Shown: in pieces, positions 16,539 to 26,777 of the stretch
How positions within the stretch are numbered: position 1 is the first letter of the stretch
How the letters are laid out: every line of letters begins with the position of its first letter
Origin: Bacteroidia bacterium
Lineage (GTDB): Bacteria > Bacteroidota > Bacteroidia > UKL13-3
NCBI GenBank assembly: GCA_044351265.1
Contig: JBILGC010000006.1
Location: forward strand, 3,167-67,166
DNA: 64,000 bases
Direction: 5' to 3'
The notes under the pieces: generated by a model
What the model saw: the letters and a program-made list of their open reading frames with translations, nothing else
Told to the model about the DNA's origin: nothing
Database searches by the model: none
Program-made: the position numbers and the translations under genes

Positions 16539-19412
16539 ATGGCAAAGGCAAAACAGGCACTAAATTCAGCGTTACAAAGAACCGAAGAGGAATATATTGA
16601 TGTATTGGGTGCGCGTGAGCATAACCTGAAAAATATTGATGTACGCATTCCAAGAAATAAACTGGTTACCATAACCGGATTAAGCGGAAGCGGTAAGTCT
16701 TCCTTGGCATTTGATACCATTTTTGCCGAAGGTCAGCGGAGGTATATGGAAAGTTTTAGTGCCTACGCCCGCCAGTTTATTGGCAATATGGAGCGGCCCG
16801 ATGTAGATAAAATTAATGGCCTATCGCCTGTAATTTCTATCGAGCAAAAAACGGTAAATAAAAATCCGCGTTCAACTGTTGGCACCATAACCGAGATTTA
16901 TGATTTTATGCGCTTACTGTTTGCGCGCGTAGCCGATGCATACAGTTATGTTAGCGGAGAGAAGATGATTAAAATGACGGAGGAGCAAATTATTACTAGC
17001 ATTATTCAGCGATTTGAAAATAAAAAAATTTCCATACTTGCTCCACTTATTAAAGGCAGAAAAGGTCATTACCGAGAGCTGTTTGAACAAATACGCAAAC
17101 AGGGTTTCACCAAGGTTCGTTTAGATGGAGAACTAAAAGATTTAGTACCGAAAATGCAGGCTGACCGCTATAAAATTCATGATATTGAGGTGCTGATTGA
17201 CCGCATAGAGCCAAGAAAAGATGCGCGTTTCAGAATTGGCGAGAGTGTACGCAGCGCTTTAAAAGCAGGCAAAGGCACAATGGTTTTGCTGGAGGGCGAA
17301 GGCAAATCGGAGAAGGCATTTCACTTCAGCAAATTTTTAATGGACCCCAAAAGTGGTATCAGTTATGATGAGCCACAACCCAACACGTTTTCTTTTAACT
17401 CTCCTTACGGAGCTTGCATTAAATGTGATGGTTTGGGTGTGGTGAGTGCGTTGGATGAACACAATATTATTCCGGATAAAACTTTAAGCATAAACAAAGG
17501 CGCTATTGTTCCTCTTGGCGAACCGCGTGATAACTGGACTTTTTTGCAGCTGCGAGAGTTGGCCAAAAAATATAAATTCAGTTTTGCCGACCCGGTAGAG
17601 AAAATAAAACGCGAAGCACTAGATGTTATTTTACACGGAAGCGAAGAACCTATTGTGGTGCCCTATACTTATAACAGTGGCTATACACAAAATTTTAGTT
17701 CAAACTGGGAAGGGTTGATTCCTTTTATTACACGCCATTATCATGCCCGCAGCTCAGATAGTGTGGTGCGTTGGGCCGAGGAGTTTATGACCATAGATAA
17801 ATGCTCGGATTGTGGTGGTGCGCGTTTAAAACAAGAAGCACTGCACTATAAAATAGGTGATAGAAATATAGCAGAGCTGGCTGGATTAGAAATAACTGCG
17901 CTTGCCGATTGGTTTAATGATGCCGAGAAATATTTGGATGAGAAACAGCAAAAAATCGCAACAGAAATTTTAAAAGAAATAAGAAGTAGAATAAAATTTT
18001 TACTGGGTGTGGGCATAGATTATCTTACCCTAAATTCTCCTGCACGCACGTTAAGCGGTGGTGAAGCACAACGAATCAGGTTGGCTACACAAATAGGTTC
18101 TCAATTGGTGGGAGTGCTCTATATATTGGATGAGCCTAGCATAGGTCTGCACCAGCGGGATAATAATAGATTAATAGACTCTCTGAAAGAATTGCGGGAT
18201 GTAGGCAACAGTGTAATAGTTGTAGAGCATGATAAGGATATGATGGCTGAGAGTGATTTTATTCTGGATTTAGGTTATGGCGCAGGTATACATGGCGGAC
18301 ATATTGCTGCACAGGGAACTTTAGCCGATATTATGAAAGCAGATTCTCTTACTGCACAATACCTAAATGGAAAAAAAGAAATTGAAGTACCTGCTATACG
18401 CAGAAAGGGCAATGGAAAAAAGTTGAACATTACAGGAGCAACGGGTAATAATTTAAAAAACGTGTCGGCAGAGTTTCCCTTGGGCAAATTTATTTGTGTT
18501 AGCGGAGTGAGTGGCAGCGGCAAATCAACACTTATTAATGAAACGCTTTACCCCATTCTTCGTCAGCATTTTTATGGTTCACATCAGAAACCGCTTGCTT
18601 ATAAAAAAGTGACCGGGCTTGAGCACTTGGATAAGGTTATTGAAATTGATCAGAGTCCAATTGGCCGCACACCAAGAAGCAATCCGGCTACCTATGTTGA
18701 AGTATTCAGCGATATAAGAAATTTGTTTGCCAACTTGCCTGAAGCAAAAATACGAGGCTACAAACCCGGAAGATTTTCATTCAATGTTAAAGGGGGCCGC
18801 TGTGAAACATGCCAAGGTGCAGGCATGCGCACCATTGAGATGAATTTTTTGCCTGATGTGTATGTTACGTGTGAAACTTGCAACGGCAAACGGTATAATA
18901 GAGAAACGCTGGAGGTTCGATATAAAGGTAAAAGCATAAATGACGTGCTGGATATGCCCATTGAAGAAGCGGTTGTATTTTTTGAAAACACGCCCCATAT
19001 TCTCAGAAAAATTGAAACCCTACATCAAGTAGGTTTGGGATATATAACGCTTGGGCAGCAAAGTACCACACTTAGCGGGGGTGAGGCTCAGCGGGTAAAA
19101 CTGGCAACTGAATTGAGCAAGCGCGACACAGGAAATACTTTTTATATTTTAGATGAGCCAACCACCGGCTTGCATTTTGAGGATGTACGCGTATTGCTTG
19201 ATGTATTGCAAAAACTGGTTGAAAAAGGCAATACCGTTTTGGTAATTGAGCACAATATGGATGTGATAAAAGTTGCAGACCATTTAATTGATCTTGGACC
19301 TGAAGGAGGCAAATATGGCGGTGAAATTTTATGCGAAGGTACACCGGAAGATATTTGCAAAAACAAGCGCAGCCATACCGGAAAATTTTTAAAGAAAGAA
19401 CTGGGAATATAA
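16539..19412 (+). CDS. uvrA: Excinuclease ABC subunit A
   Basis: Two Walker A motifs (GLSGSGKS, GVSGSGKS), two LSGGEAQR signatures, zinc fingers. Confidence 0.98.
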   Translation: MAKAKQALNSALQRTEEEYIDVLGAREHNLKNIDVRIPRNKLVTITGLSGSGKSSLAFDTIFAEGQRRYMESFSAYARQFIGNMERPDVDKINGLSPVISIEQKTVNKNPRSTVGTITEIYDFMRLLFARVADAYSYVSGEKMIKMTEEQIITSIIQRFENKKISILAPLIKGRKGHYRELFEQIRKQGFTKVRLDGELKDLVPKMQADRYKIHDIEVLIDRIEPRKDARFRIGESVRSALKAGKGTMVLLEGEGKSEKAFHFSKFLMDPKSGISYDEPQPNTFSFNSPYGACIKCDGLGVVSALDEHNIIPDKTLSINKGAIVPLGEPRDNWTFLQLRELAKKYKFSFADPVEKIKREALDVILHGSEEPIVVPYTYNSGYTQNFSSNWEGLIPFITRHYHARSSDSVVRWAEEFMTIDKCSDCGGARLKQEALHYKIGDRNIAELAGLEITALADWFNDAEKYLDEKQQKIATEILKEIRSRIKFLLGVGIDYLTLNSPARTLSGGEAQRIRLATQIGSQLVGVLYILDEPSIGLHQRDNNRLIDSLKELRDVGNSVIVVEHDKDMMAESDFILDLGYGAGIHGGHIAAQGTLADIMKADSLTAQYLNGKKEIEVPAIRRKGNGKKLNITGATGNNLKNVSAEFPLGKFICVSGVSGSGKSTLINETLYPILRQHFYGSHQKPLAYKKVTGLEHLDKVIEIDQSPIGRTPRSNPATYVEVFSDIRNLFANLPEAKIRGYKPGRFSFNVKGGRCETCQGAGMRTIEMNFLPDVYVTCETCNGKRYNRETLEVRYKGKSINDVLDMPIEEAVVFFENTPHILRKIETLHQVGLGYITLGQQSTTLSGGEAQRVKLATELSKRDTGNTFYILDEPTTGLHFEDVRVLLDVLQKLVEKGNTVLVIEHNMDVIKVADHLIDLGPEGGKYGGEILCEGTPEDICKNKRSHTGKFLKKELGI

Positions 19413-19462
19413 ATGAAGCGCTTCAAGGGTTTGAGATAATCAATTATACTTTTCGCAAACGC

Positions 19463-20050
19463 TTACATGGTTGATAAATCATGCACATCATCATCAATAA
19501 ATATTCGCTTATACCATTCATGAGTTGTGTTTTTTAATCGTGTAAAACTATCAATTAGGTGTTTGTTTTTGGTGCGGTAACCAAATGCAGGAATAAATTC
19601 TGCATACACAATGATGTTGCTACCATTGGTTAATAAAAACCCAACACAATAGCTGTATTCAATTAACCAACTGCTATGCTCCAATATTCTTGATGTCTTT
19701 GCCCTGTCTTTTGAAATACGCAGGTGTTGTATGTCTTCTATAACAAGGGTAATGTTTTTATCATGTTCGGTAATGGTAATGCCCGTAGAGGAAATAAGCA
19801 TAGAACCTGTTTTGGTAAAAGTGCGCAAGTATTTTTTTTCTAAGCGGTATCCAATAATATAAACCACCAATGCAAGCAAGCTAAACAACAAAATGGCATC
19901 ATCATCATATTCCGATAACATTATACCCAAACAAACAATAGCAATAACCAACGCACCAAATGCGCTTGCATATAATCGCCATTTTTTTACCGGAACAGTT
20001 GCCGGTGCCAGTAGGTTATAGCCAACAGGTTCTGTAAAAAGCTGTTTCAT
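19463..20050 (-). CDS. Hypothetical membrane protein (2 TM segments plus soluble domain)
   Basis: 195-aa ORF with two hydrophobic segments; -7-like TATCTTTA at 20068-20061. Confidence 0.7.
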   Translation of the reverse strand: MKQLFTEPVGYNLLAPATVPVKKWRLYASAFGALVIAIVCLGIMLSEYDDDAILLFSLLALVVYIIGYRLEKKYLRTFTKTGSMLISSTGITITEHDKNITLVIEDIQHLRISKDRAKTSRILEHSSWLIEYSYCVGFLLTNGSNIIVYAEFIPAFGYRTKNKHLIDSFTRLKNTTHEWYKRIFIDDDVHDLSTM

Positions 20051-20206
20051 ATTGCTTTACTAAAGATATTTTGTAACTATAGATTATTTAATTCAAATTT
20101 TCTCAATCAAAAATTTACCCATTTCATTGTCGAGCCATTCAAACAGTTTGATGGTAGGGGTTTAGAAAAAAAGTTTATGTTTGCACACTAAAAATAAACG
20201 ACTGTT

Positions 20207-21259
20207 ATGAGTAAAACAATTGAATTATTAGGAGATAAGGCCGACAGCCTTTTAAAACACGAATGTAAAACCATCAGCAAAAATAATATCCATGCACCGG
20301 GACCCGATTTTGTTGAACGTATTTTTGGTCCGTCTAATCGCAATCCTCAGGTATTGAGAAGCCTTCAGGCTTTATACGGAACAGGCCGTTTGGCCAACAC
20401 CGGTTATCTATCCATTCTTCCGGTAGATCAGGGCATTGAGCATTCTGCAGGAGCCTCTTTTGCACCTGCTCCCCAATATTTCGACCCGGAAAATATTGTG
20501 AAACTGGCCATTGAAGGCGGTTGCAATGCGGTTGCTTCAACTTATGGCGTGTTGGCATCATGCTCACGCAAGTATGCACACAAAATACCATTCATTGTTA
20601 AAATTAACCATAACGAGTTCCTGTCTTATCCAAATAAGTTTGACCAAATTATGTTTGGTTCGGTGGATGAAGCATGGAATTTAGGCGCTGTTGCTGTTGG
20701 CGCCACCATTTATTTTGGTTCAGATGAATCAGCACGTCAAATTCAGGAAGTTGCGGCAGCATTTGAACGTGCGCATGAATTAGGTATGGCTACCATTTTA
20801 TGGTGTTATTTGCGCAATGGTTCATTCAAGAAAGACGGGGTAGATTATCATACCTCAGCAGATTTAACCGGACAAGCGAACCATCTGGGTGTAACAATTC
20901 AGGCCGATATTATCAAACAAAAATTACCAAGCAACAACGGGGGTTATACAGCCCTCAATTTTGGTAAAACCCATGATAAGGTTTATACCGAACTTTCATC
21001 CAATCACCCCATTGATTTAACCCGCTATCAGGTAGCCAATTGCTATATGGGTCGTCAGGGTTTAATCAATTCAGGTGGCGAAAGTAAAGGCGCAAGCGAT
21101 ATGGCTGAAGCTGTTTTCACTGCAGTAGTAAACAAACGTGCCGGTGGACAAGGTTTAATATCAGGACGCAAGGCATTTCAGAAGCCGTTAAAAGATGGCG
21201 TGGCATTGTTAAATGCCATTCAGGATGTTTATTTAGATAATTCTATTACCTTAGCGTAG
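20207..21259 (+). CDS. fbaB: Class I fructose-bisphosphate aldolase (FbaB/DhnA)
   Basis: [17 protein letters not shown] Schiff-base Lys, [10 protein letters not shown]; -7 box TATGTTTG at 20176. Confidence 0.95.
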   Translation: MSKTIELLGDKADSLLKHECKTISKNNIHAPGPDFVERIFGPSNRNPQVLRSLQALYGTGRLANTGYLSILPVDQGIEHSAGASFAPAPQYFDPENIVKLAIEGGCNAVASTYGVLASCSRKYAHKIPFIVKINHNEFLSYPNKFDQIMFGSVDEAWNLGAVAVGATIYFGSDESARQIQEVAAAFERAHELGMATILWCYLRNGSFKKDGVDYHTSADLTGQANHLGVTIQADIIKQKLPSNNGGYTALNFGKTHDKVYTELSSNHPIDLTRYQVANCYMGRQGLINSGGESKGASDMAEAVFTAVVNKRAGGQGLISGRKAFQKPLKDGVALLNAIQDVYLDNSITLA

Positions 21260-21270
21260 TAAATATAAAT

Positions 21271-21314
21271 AGCTTGTGGTTGGTTAGGTTAACTTAATCA
21301 ACCATTTGCTTTTT
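21271..21314 (+). terminator. Stem-loop / probable terminator after fbaB
   Basis: TGGTTGGTTAGG-TTAA-CTTAATCAACCA stem followed by a T-rich tail. Confidence 0.55.
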
Positions 21315-21340
21315 ACAAGCAAACAATAATTAGCAAAGAA

Positions 21341-22183
21341 ATGAGTTGGTTTAAACGTGTAAAAGAAGGTATCATTACCCCAACCGATGAGAAAAAGTCG
21401 GTACCCGATGGCCTTTGGCACAAATGCCCGCGTTGCAAAAAAGCGGTGGTGGCCAAGGATCATGAAGCCAACTGCTATGTTTGTCCATCATGCAATTATC
21501 ATGACAAGATAGGATCAGCAGAATATTTCAGTTTGTTGTTTGATGAAGGGGTATTTACTGAACTTTTTGCTAACATCAAGCCAACAGATCCCTTAAGTTT
21601 TTTTGATACCAAGGATTATAAATCTAGATTAACAGAATCACAGAAAAAATCCGGACTAACTGATGCATTGCGCGTGGGTGTTGGCAAAGTTGAGGAAATG
21701 CCTTTGGTAATAGCATGCATGGATTTTAATTTTATTGGCGGCTCAATGGGCAGTGTAGTTGGCGAAAAAATTGCCCGCGCTATAGATTATGCCCGCGAGA
21801 ACAGAATACCTATTATGGTTGTTTCCAAATCGGGTGGTGCGCGCATGATGGAGGCGGCATTTTCCTTAATGCAAATGGCCAAAACCTCTGCAAAACTGGC
21901 ACTGCTTGCGAAAGAAGGCATTCCTTATATCTCCTTGTTAACCGACCCTACAACAGGCGGTGTTACCGCATCCTTTGCCATGTTGGGCGATTTTAATATA
22001 GCCGAACCCGAAGCTTTGATTGGCTTTGCAGGGCCGCGTGTTATCCGCGAAACCATTGGTAAAGATTTGCCTAAAGGCTTTCAGAGCTCAGAATTTTTGT
22101 TGGAGCATGGTTTTGTTGATATGATAGTAAATCGCACGGAGTTAAAAAGCAGTTTGGGCAAGCTACTCAAAATGCTAGCTTAG
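21341..22183 (+). CDS. accD: Acetyl-CoA carboxylase carboxyltransferase beta subunit
   Basis: PDGLWHKC zinc finger, [31 protein letters not shown]. Confidence 0.97.
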   Translation: MSWFKRVKEGIITPTDEKKSVPDGLWHKCPRCKKAVVAKDHEANCYVCPSCNYHDKIGSAEYFSLLFDEGVFTELFANIKPTDPLSFFDTKDYKSRLTESQKKSGLTDALRVGVGKVEEMPLVIACMDFNFIGGSMGSVVGEKIARAIDYARENRIPIMVVSKSGGARMMEAAFSLMQMAKTSAKLALLAKEGIPYISLLTDPTTGGVTASFAMLGDFNIAEPEALIGFAGPRVIRETIGKDLPKGFQSSEFLLEHGFVDMIVNRTELKSSLGKLLKMLA

Positions 22184-22212
22184 GGAAGATTGAGGTAAAT
22201 AGCCTTGGGAGA

Positions 22213-22243
22213 TTTGGCAATACCACAAATTTGCCTATCTTCG
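22213..22243 (+). promoter_or_regulatory. Bacteroidota housekeeping promoter for rpsO
   Basis: -33 TTTG (22213-22216), 19-nt spacer, -7 TATCTTCG (22236-22243). Confidence 0.7.
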
Positions 22244-22285
22244 CAGCCCAATTATTTATTTTTAAACGATTAATTACTTAAAACA

Positions 22286-22561
22286 ATGCATTTGACCACT
22301 GAAACGAAGCAAGGAATCTTCGAAAAGTACGGTAAAGCCAAGTCGAAATCCGACACAGGCTCTGCTGAGAGTCAGATCGCGCTGTTTACCCACCGCATCA
22401 ACCACATTTCAGATCACCTGAAAACCAACAAAAAGGATTTTTCGGCTGAATTGAGTCTGGTGAAATTAGTAGGTAAAAGGCGTGCACTACTCGATTATTT
22501 AATGAAAACTGATATCTTCCGCTATAGGGCGATAATCAAAGAACTAGATATCCGTAAGTAA
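22286..22561 (+). CDS. rpsO: 30S ribosomal protein S15
   Basis: DTGSAESQIALFT..I..HL, LVGKRRALLDYL; upstream of pnp. Confidence 0.97.
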   Translation: MHLTTETKQGIFEKYGKAKSKSDTGSAESQIALFTHRINHISDHLKTNKKDFSAELSLVKLVGKRRALLDYLMKTDIFRYRAIIKELDIRK

Positions 22562-22641
22562 AAAATGGGTATTACAGGAAGCAGGATACAGCATAGGATT
22601 AACAATCCCATCAAAACCTTATTCCAAACACATTAAACATT

Positions 22642-22675
22642 AAAAGCAGGGCCTTTAAAGCTCTGCTTTCTTTTT
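22642..22675 (+). terminator. Intrinsic terminator after rpsO
   Basis: AAAGCAGGGC...GCTCTGCTTT stem plus T tail. Confidence 0.75.
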
Positions 22676-22744
22676 ATAAAAGGTACACTTTGGCCGGCCG
22701 CACCGGAAGTGTGCTGATGTAAAACGCGGCAAGATGTAAATTAT

Positions 22745-24952
22745 ATGCAAGCAACAACAAAAACATTTGATCTGGGGGATGGAAGGTCCATCTCTATCGA
22801 GACAGGAAAATTAGCCAAACAGGCCGATGGTTCAGTGGTGGTTCGTATGGGCGACACCATGATTCTGGCAACAGCCGTTTCGGCTAAAGAAGCCAAAGAA
22901 GATGTGGATTTTATGCCACTTACCGTAGATTATCAGGAAAAATTTGCTGCCGTAGGCCGCATTCCTGGAAGCTTTCACAAGCGCGAAGCCAAGCTAAGCG
23001 ATTATGAGGTGTTGGTTAGCCGTTTGGTAGACCGTGCACTGCGCCCGCTTTTCCCTGAAGATTATCATGCAGATACACAAATTATGCTGCAGCTTATTTC
23101 TGCAGATAAAAATTTACTACCCGATTGTTTGGTGGGATTAGCCGCATCATCTGCACTGATGGTTAGCGATATTCCTTTTAACGGACCAATATCAGAGGTG
23201 CGCGTAGCACGTATTAACGGGCAGTTTAAACTTAACCCTACCATTAGTGAACTTGCCCAGGCCGATATGGATCTGATAGTAGCAGGAACCGAGCACGACC
23301 TAAACATGGTTGAAGGAGAGTGCGCTGAGGTGAGCGAAGCAGATATGCTTGAAGCACTGAAGGTGGCACACGATGCCATTAAAATGCAGTGTAAAGTGCA
23401 ATGGGAACTTTGCGAAATGCTTGGCGGACGCAAGCCTGCGCGAGTATACAATCATGAGCGTCATGATGAAGAGCTGGAAAAGAAAATTCGTGATTTTGCT
23501 TACGATAAAGTTTATGCTGCAGCCAAATCAAGATTAGGAAAATCTGAAAGAAGTGCGGCATTTAAAACCATACGTGAGGAATTTGTAGCAGCAAATTATC
23601 CTGAAGGCAGCGAAACAAGCCCTGACAAGTTTTTAATTAATAAATATTTTCACCACGTAGAGTATGATGCAGTGCGTGCCATGATTTTAAACGATAGAAC
23701 ACGCTTGGATGGCCGCAACTTGGATCAGATACGCCCCATTTGGAGTGAGGTAAATTACTTGCCTGCTGCACATGGATCGGCTGTATTTACCCGTGGTGAA
23801 ACACAATCGCTAACAACTGTTACGTTGGGAACGAAACTTGATGAGCAATTATTGGATGCACCAATGAATGCAGGCTATTCAAAATTCCTACTGCATTATA
23901 ATTTCCCTTCATTCTCCACCGGAGAGGTAAAACCCAACAGGGGTCCGGGAAGAAGAGAAATCGGTCATGGAAATCTGGCACTTCGCGGATTAAAAAGGGT
24001 GTTGCCAGGTTTAGAGGAAAGCCCTTATACCATTCGTATTGTTTCTGATATTTTAGAATCTAACGGCTCATCTTCAATGGCTACTGTTTGCGCAGGATCT
24101 CTTGCATTAATGGATGCCGGTATAAAAATTAAAGATGCGGTTAGCGGAATAGCGATGGGCTTAATCACCGATGAAAAAACAGGAAAATACGCTGTGTTGT
24201 CTGACATTCTTGGAGATGAAGACCATTTGGGCGATATGGACTTTAAAGTTGTAGGTACAAGCAAAGGTATTGTGGCTTGCCAAATGGATATTAAAATCAA
24301 CGGATTAAAATGGGAGATGGTTAATGAGGCATTAAATCAGGCTAAGGCCGGTCGTTTGCACATCATGGGCGAAATGAACAAAACCATTGCCAAACCCAAT
24401 CCAGATTACAAACCACATGCACCACGCATACAAACCATTATAATTGATAAGGAGTTTATTGGTGCAGTAATTGGCCCAGGAGGCAAAGTAATTCAAGGTA
24501 TACAAAAAGATACGGGTACAACCATTTCCATTACCGAAGTAGATAATAATGGAATTGTAGAAGTTGCCGCCACCAATGGTGAGAGTATGCAAAAAGCAGT
24601 AAATATCATTAAGGGTATTGTGGCAGTGCCTGTTGTTGGTGATGAGTATATAGGTAAAGTAAAAACCATTGTTGACTTTGGTGCATTTGTAGAAATTCTC
24701 CCGGGTAAAGATGGCTTGTTGCACATCAGTGAAATAAGCTGGAAACGTTTGCCTAGCATGGAAGGAGTTTTGCAGGTAGGTGAAGAAATAAAGGTGAAGT
24801 TGATTGAGATAGATAAGAAAACAGGTAAGCTCAAGTTGTCGCGTAAGGCATTGTTGCCAAAACCTGAAGGTTTTACAGAGGCTCCCAGAAGAGAGCGCAG
24901 GGAAAGACCGGAAGGAGATAGCAATCCGACACAACCGGAAGCCAATGCTTAA
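22745..24952 (+). CDS. pnp: Polyribonucleotide nucleotidyltransferase
   Basis: [36 protein letters not shown] and S1 domains. Confidence 0.98.
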   Translation: MQATTKTFDLGDGRSISIETGKLAKQADGSVVVRMGDTMILATAVSAKEAKEDVDFMPLTVDYQEKFAAVGRIPGSFHKREAKLSDYEVLVSRLVDRALRPLFPEDYHADTQIMLQLISADKNLLPDCLVGLAASSALMVSDIPFNGPISEVRVARINGQFKLNPTISELAQADMDLIVAGTEHDLNMVEGECAEVSEADMLEALKVAHDAIKMQCKVQWELCEMLGGRKPARVYNHERHDEELEKKIRDFAYDKVYAAAKSRLGKSERSAAFKTIREEFVAANYPEGSETSPDKFLINKYFHHVEYDAVRAMILNDRTRLDGRNLDQIRPIWSEVNYLPAAHGSAVFTRGETQSLTTVTLGTKLDEQLLDAPMNAGYSKFLLHYNFPSFSTGEVKPNRGPGRREIGHGNLALRGLKRVLPGLEESPYTIRIVSDILESNGSSSMATVCAGSLALMDAGIKIKDAVSGIAMGLITDEKTGKYAVLSDILGDEDHLGDMDFKVVGTSKGIVACQMDIKINGLKWEMVNEALNQAKAGRLHIMGEMNKTIAKPNPDYKPHAPRIQTIIIDKEFIGAVIGPGGKVIQGIQKDTGTTISITEVDNNGIVEVAATNGESMQKAVNIIKGIVAVPVVGDEYIGKVKTIVDFGAFVEILPGKDGLLHISEISWKRLPSMEGVLQVGEEIKVKLIEIDKKTGKLKLSRKALLPKPEGFTEAPRRERRERPEGDSNPTQPEANA

Positions 24953-24957
24953 CACAT

Positions 24958-24993
24958 AAAAAAGCCGTCCCGATTTCTAGGGACGGCTTTTTT
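24958..24993. terminator. Bidirectional intrinsic terminator after pnp
   Basis: AAAAAAGCCGTCCC...GGGACGGCTTTTTT. Confidence 0.88.
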
Positions 24994-25032
24994 GTTTAGT
25001 TAGGTGATTAGTGCATCTGTTGATTCACTTTG

Positions 25033-26154
25033 TTATACGTGATAGGTTCTGTTTTTCCACTTAAAATTGAAAGGCAGGAAGTAAAATATCTGCGTACACA
25101 AAGCAACACAAATGCTGTATACCTCATAGGTGAGGAGGTAATCAAAATTTTTACGTGAATCTATTTTACTTTTTAGCATATAAACCGATAAGGATTGCAG
25201 CAGCAGTTTGATGCCGTAAAAAATCAGACCCAATTTAAGGTTGTATAAAAACAGTACGATAATTGCCGGACCAAATAACCCGAAAATGCCGAAAAAGATC
25301 CACCAATATAAAGGCAATTCTCTTGCACCTACCAGCCAGCGCTTGCGCTGATGCATCAACAATTGAAAATCATCAACCGGAGCCGAACGATTGATTACGT
25401 TCTTGTTCATTATGTTTAAGGTATCAAAACCATGCGCACGTACTTCTTTAAAAAGTTTAAAATCTTCTGTTACAGAAAAATCTATATGCTCATACCCTCC
25501 TGTGCTCCAGTATGCATCCTTGGTAATAGCCATATTATTCCCGATGGCCGTGCATTTTAAGCCATAATAGTCAAAACTGCGCAGCAAGCCCATAAAATAC
25601 ATCCAGTCTATCTCCTGCATCCGGCCCATTCTAGTGCCATTATCTTCAACAATAGTAGTTCCGGAAACAATGCCAATATTGTTGCTGAAAAAACCAACCA
25701 TTTCTCGCGCCCACTTTTCATGAACAGCCACATCGGCATCGGTTATCAGATAAATTTCACCAGTTGCCAGATGTGCCAAATGTGCCAGCACATTGGCCTT
25801 GCCTTTGGCCTTGCCTAGGTTGCCCGTTATCGGTATCATTTTAAATAATGACTTATCACCAATAAATGCATTAATTAATTCTGCAGTATTGTCTTCTGAC
25901 TGATCTTCACCAATCAAGAATTGAATTTTTTCTTTTGGATAATCTAGCTTATTTAAAGCATTCAAACAGCGGATAATATGCTTTGACTCATTGCGTACAG
26001 CTACCAGAATACTGATTAAAGGCAATTCATCATCCGTTGGTTTTTTGGGCGCCTCATCTGTTTTATGCCACAGCGTGGCTGCCATATTTAACAGTTGAAG
26101 GCTTATGTATAAGCAAAGCAAGATAACTGATATGTAAACCAACCACTGACTCAC
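25033..26154 (-). CDS. GT2 family membrane glycosyltransferase
   Basis: SILVAVRNE, TDAD, TED, QRKRW motifs, TM segments; 4-nt overlap with upstream gene. Confidence 0.9.
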   Translation of the reverse strand: MSQWLVYISVILLCLYISLQLLNMAATLWHKTDEAPKKPTDDELPLISILVAVRNESKHIIRCLNALNKLDYPKEKIQFLIGEDQSEDNTAELINAFIGDKSLFKMIPITGNLGKAKGKANVLAHLAHLATGEIYLITDADVAVHEKWAREMVGFFSNNIGIVSGTTIVEDNGTRMGRMQEIDWMYFMGLLRSFDYYGLKCTAIGNNMAITKDAYWSTGGYEHIDFSVTEDFKLFKEVRAHGFDTLNIMNKNVINRSAPVDDFQLLMHQRKRWLVGARELPLYWWIFFGIFGLFGPAIIVLFLYNLKLGLIFYGIKLLLQSLSVYMLKSKIDSRKNFDYLLTYEVYSICVALCTQIFYFLPFNFKWKNRTYHV

Positions 26155-26777
26155 AGGGCAGTAAAGGTAAATCCTTTTTTAGAAAAATGGCTGAGCATGG
26201 AAGGCAGCATGCGCATCATATTTGCAGCAGCCTTTTCGCTATCATGAAAAACAACGATTGATCCTTCTTCTGTTAGCCTTATGCAATTATCAAGGGCAAC
26301 CTTAACATTTAAGTTTTTATCAAAATCACGGGTTAGTACATCCCACATTACAATCTGATAATTCTTTTTTAAGGCACGTGATTGTGTAGCGGTAATGCGC
26401 CCATATGGCGGCCGGAATAAATTAGATTTAATAAATGAGGCTGCCATTTCAATATTCTCGTAATACAGTCGGTTTTTTGTGCGCCAACCATTTAAGTGAT
26501 TAAAGGTATGATTGCCTGTACGATGGCCTGCCTGAAGTATCTGCGCATATGTTTCAGGAAACTTCCTGACATTATCTCCCACACAAAAAAAAGTTGCCTT
26601 TGCATGATATTGGGCAAGTGTTTGAAGCACCCACGGGGTAATAGTTGGGTGGGGCCCGTCATCAAAAGTCAGGTATATCTTTTTATCATGGGTTTTTACC
26701 TTCCAGGTAAGAGATGGCATTAACTTCATGAAAAAAGAAGGTATTCTGTGTTTTAGGGTTATTTTTGCTGCAAACAT
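26151..26777 (-). CDS. Polysaccharide deacetylase (CE4/NodB)
   Basis: YLTFDDGP, GNHTFNH, FRPPYG, IVVFHD. Start uncertain; ATG 26777 chosen. Confidence 0.9.
   Translation of the reverse strand: MFAAKITLKHRIPSFFMKLMPSLTWKVKTHDKKIYLTFDDGPHPTITPWVLQTLAQYHAKATFFCVGDNVRKFPETYAQILQAGHRTGNHTFNHLNGWRTKNRLYYENIEMAASFIKSNLFRPPYGRITATQSRALKKNYQIVMWDVLTRDFDKNLNVKVALDNCIRLTEEGSIVVFHDSEKAAANMMRMLPSMLSHFSKKGFTFTAL

Noticed and set aside
24332-24955. Long antisense ORFs over pnp, and similar ones over metK, cusA, metH, aspS and the adaptor gene
   Set aside because: They lie entirely opposite well-conserved genes and show no motifs; typical shadow ORFs.
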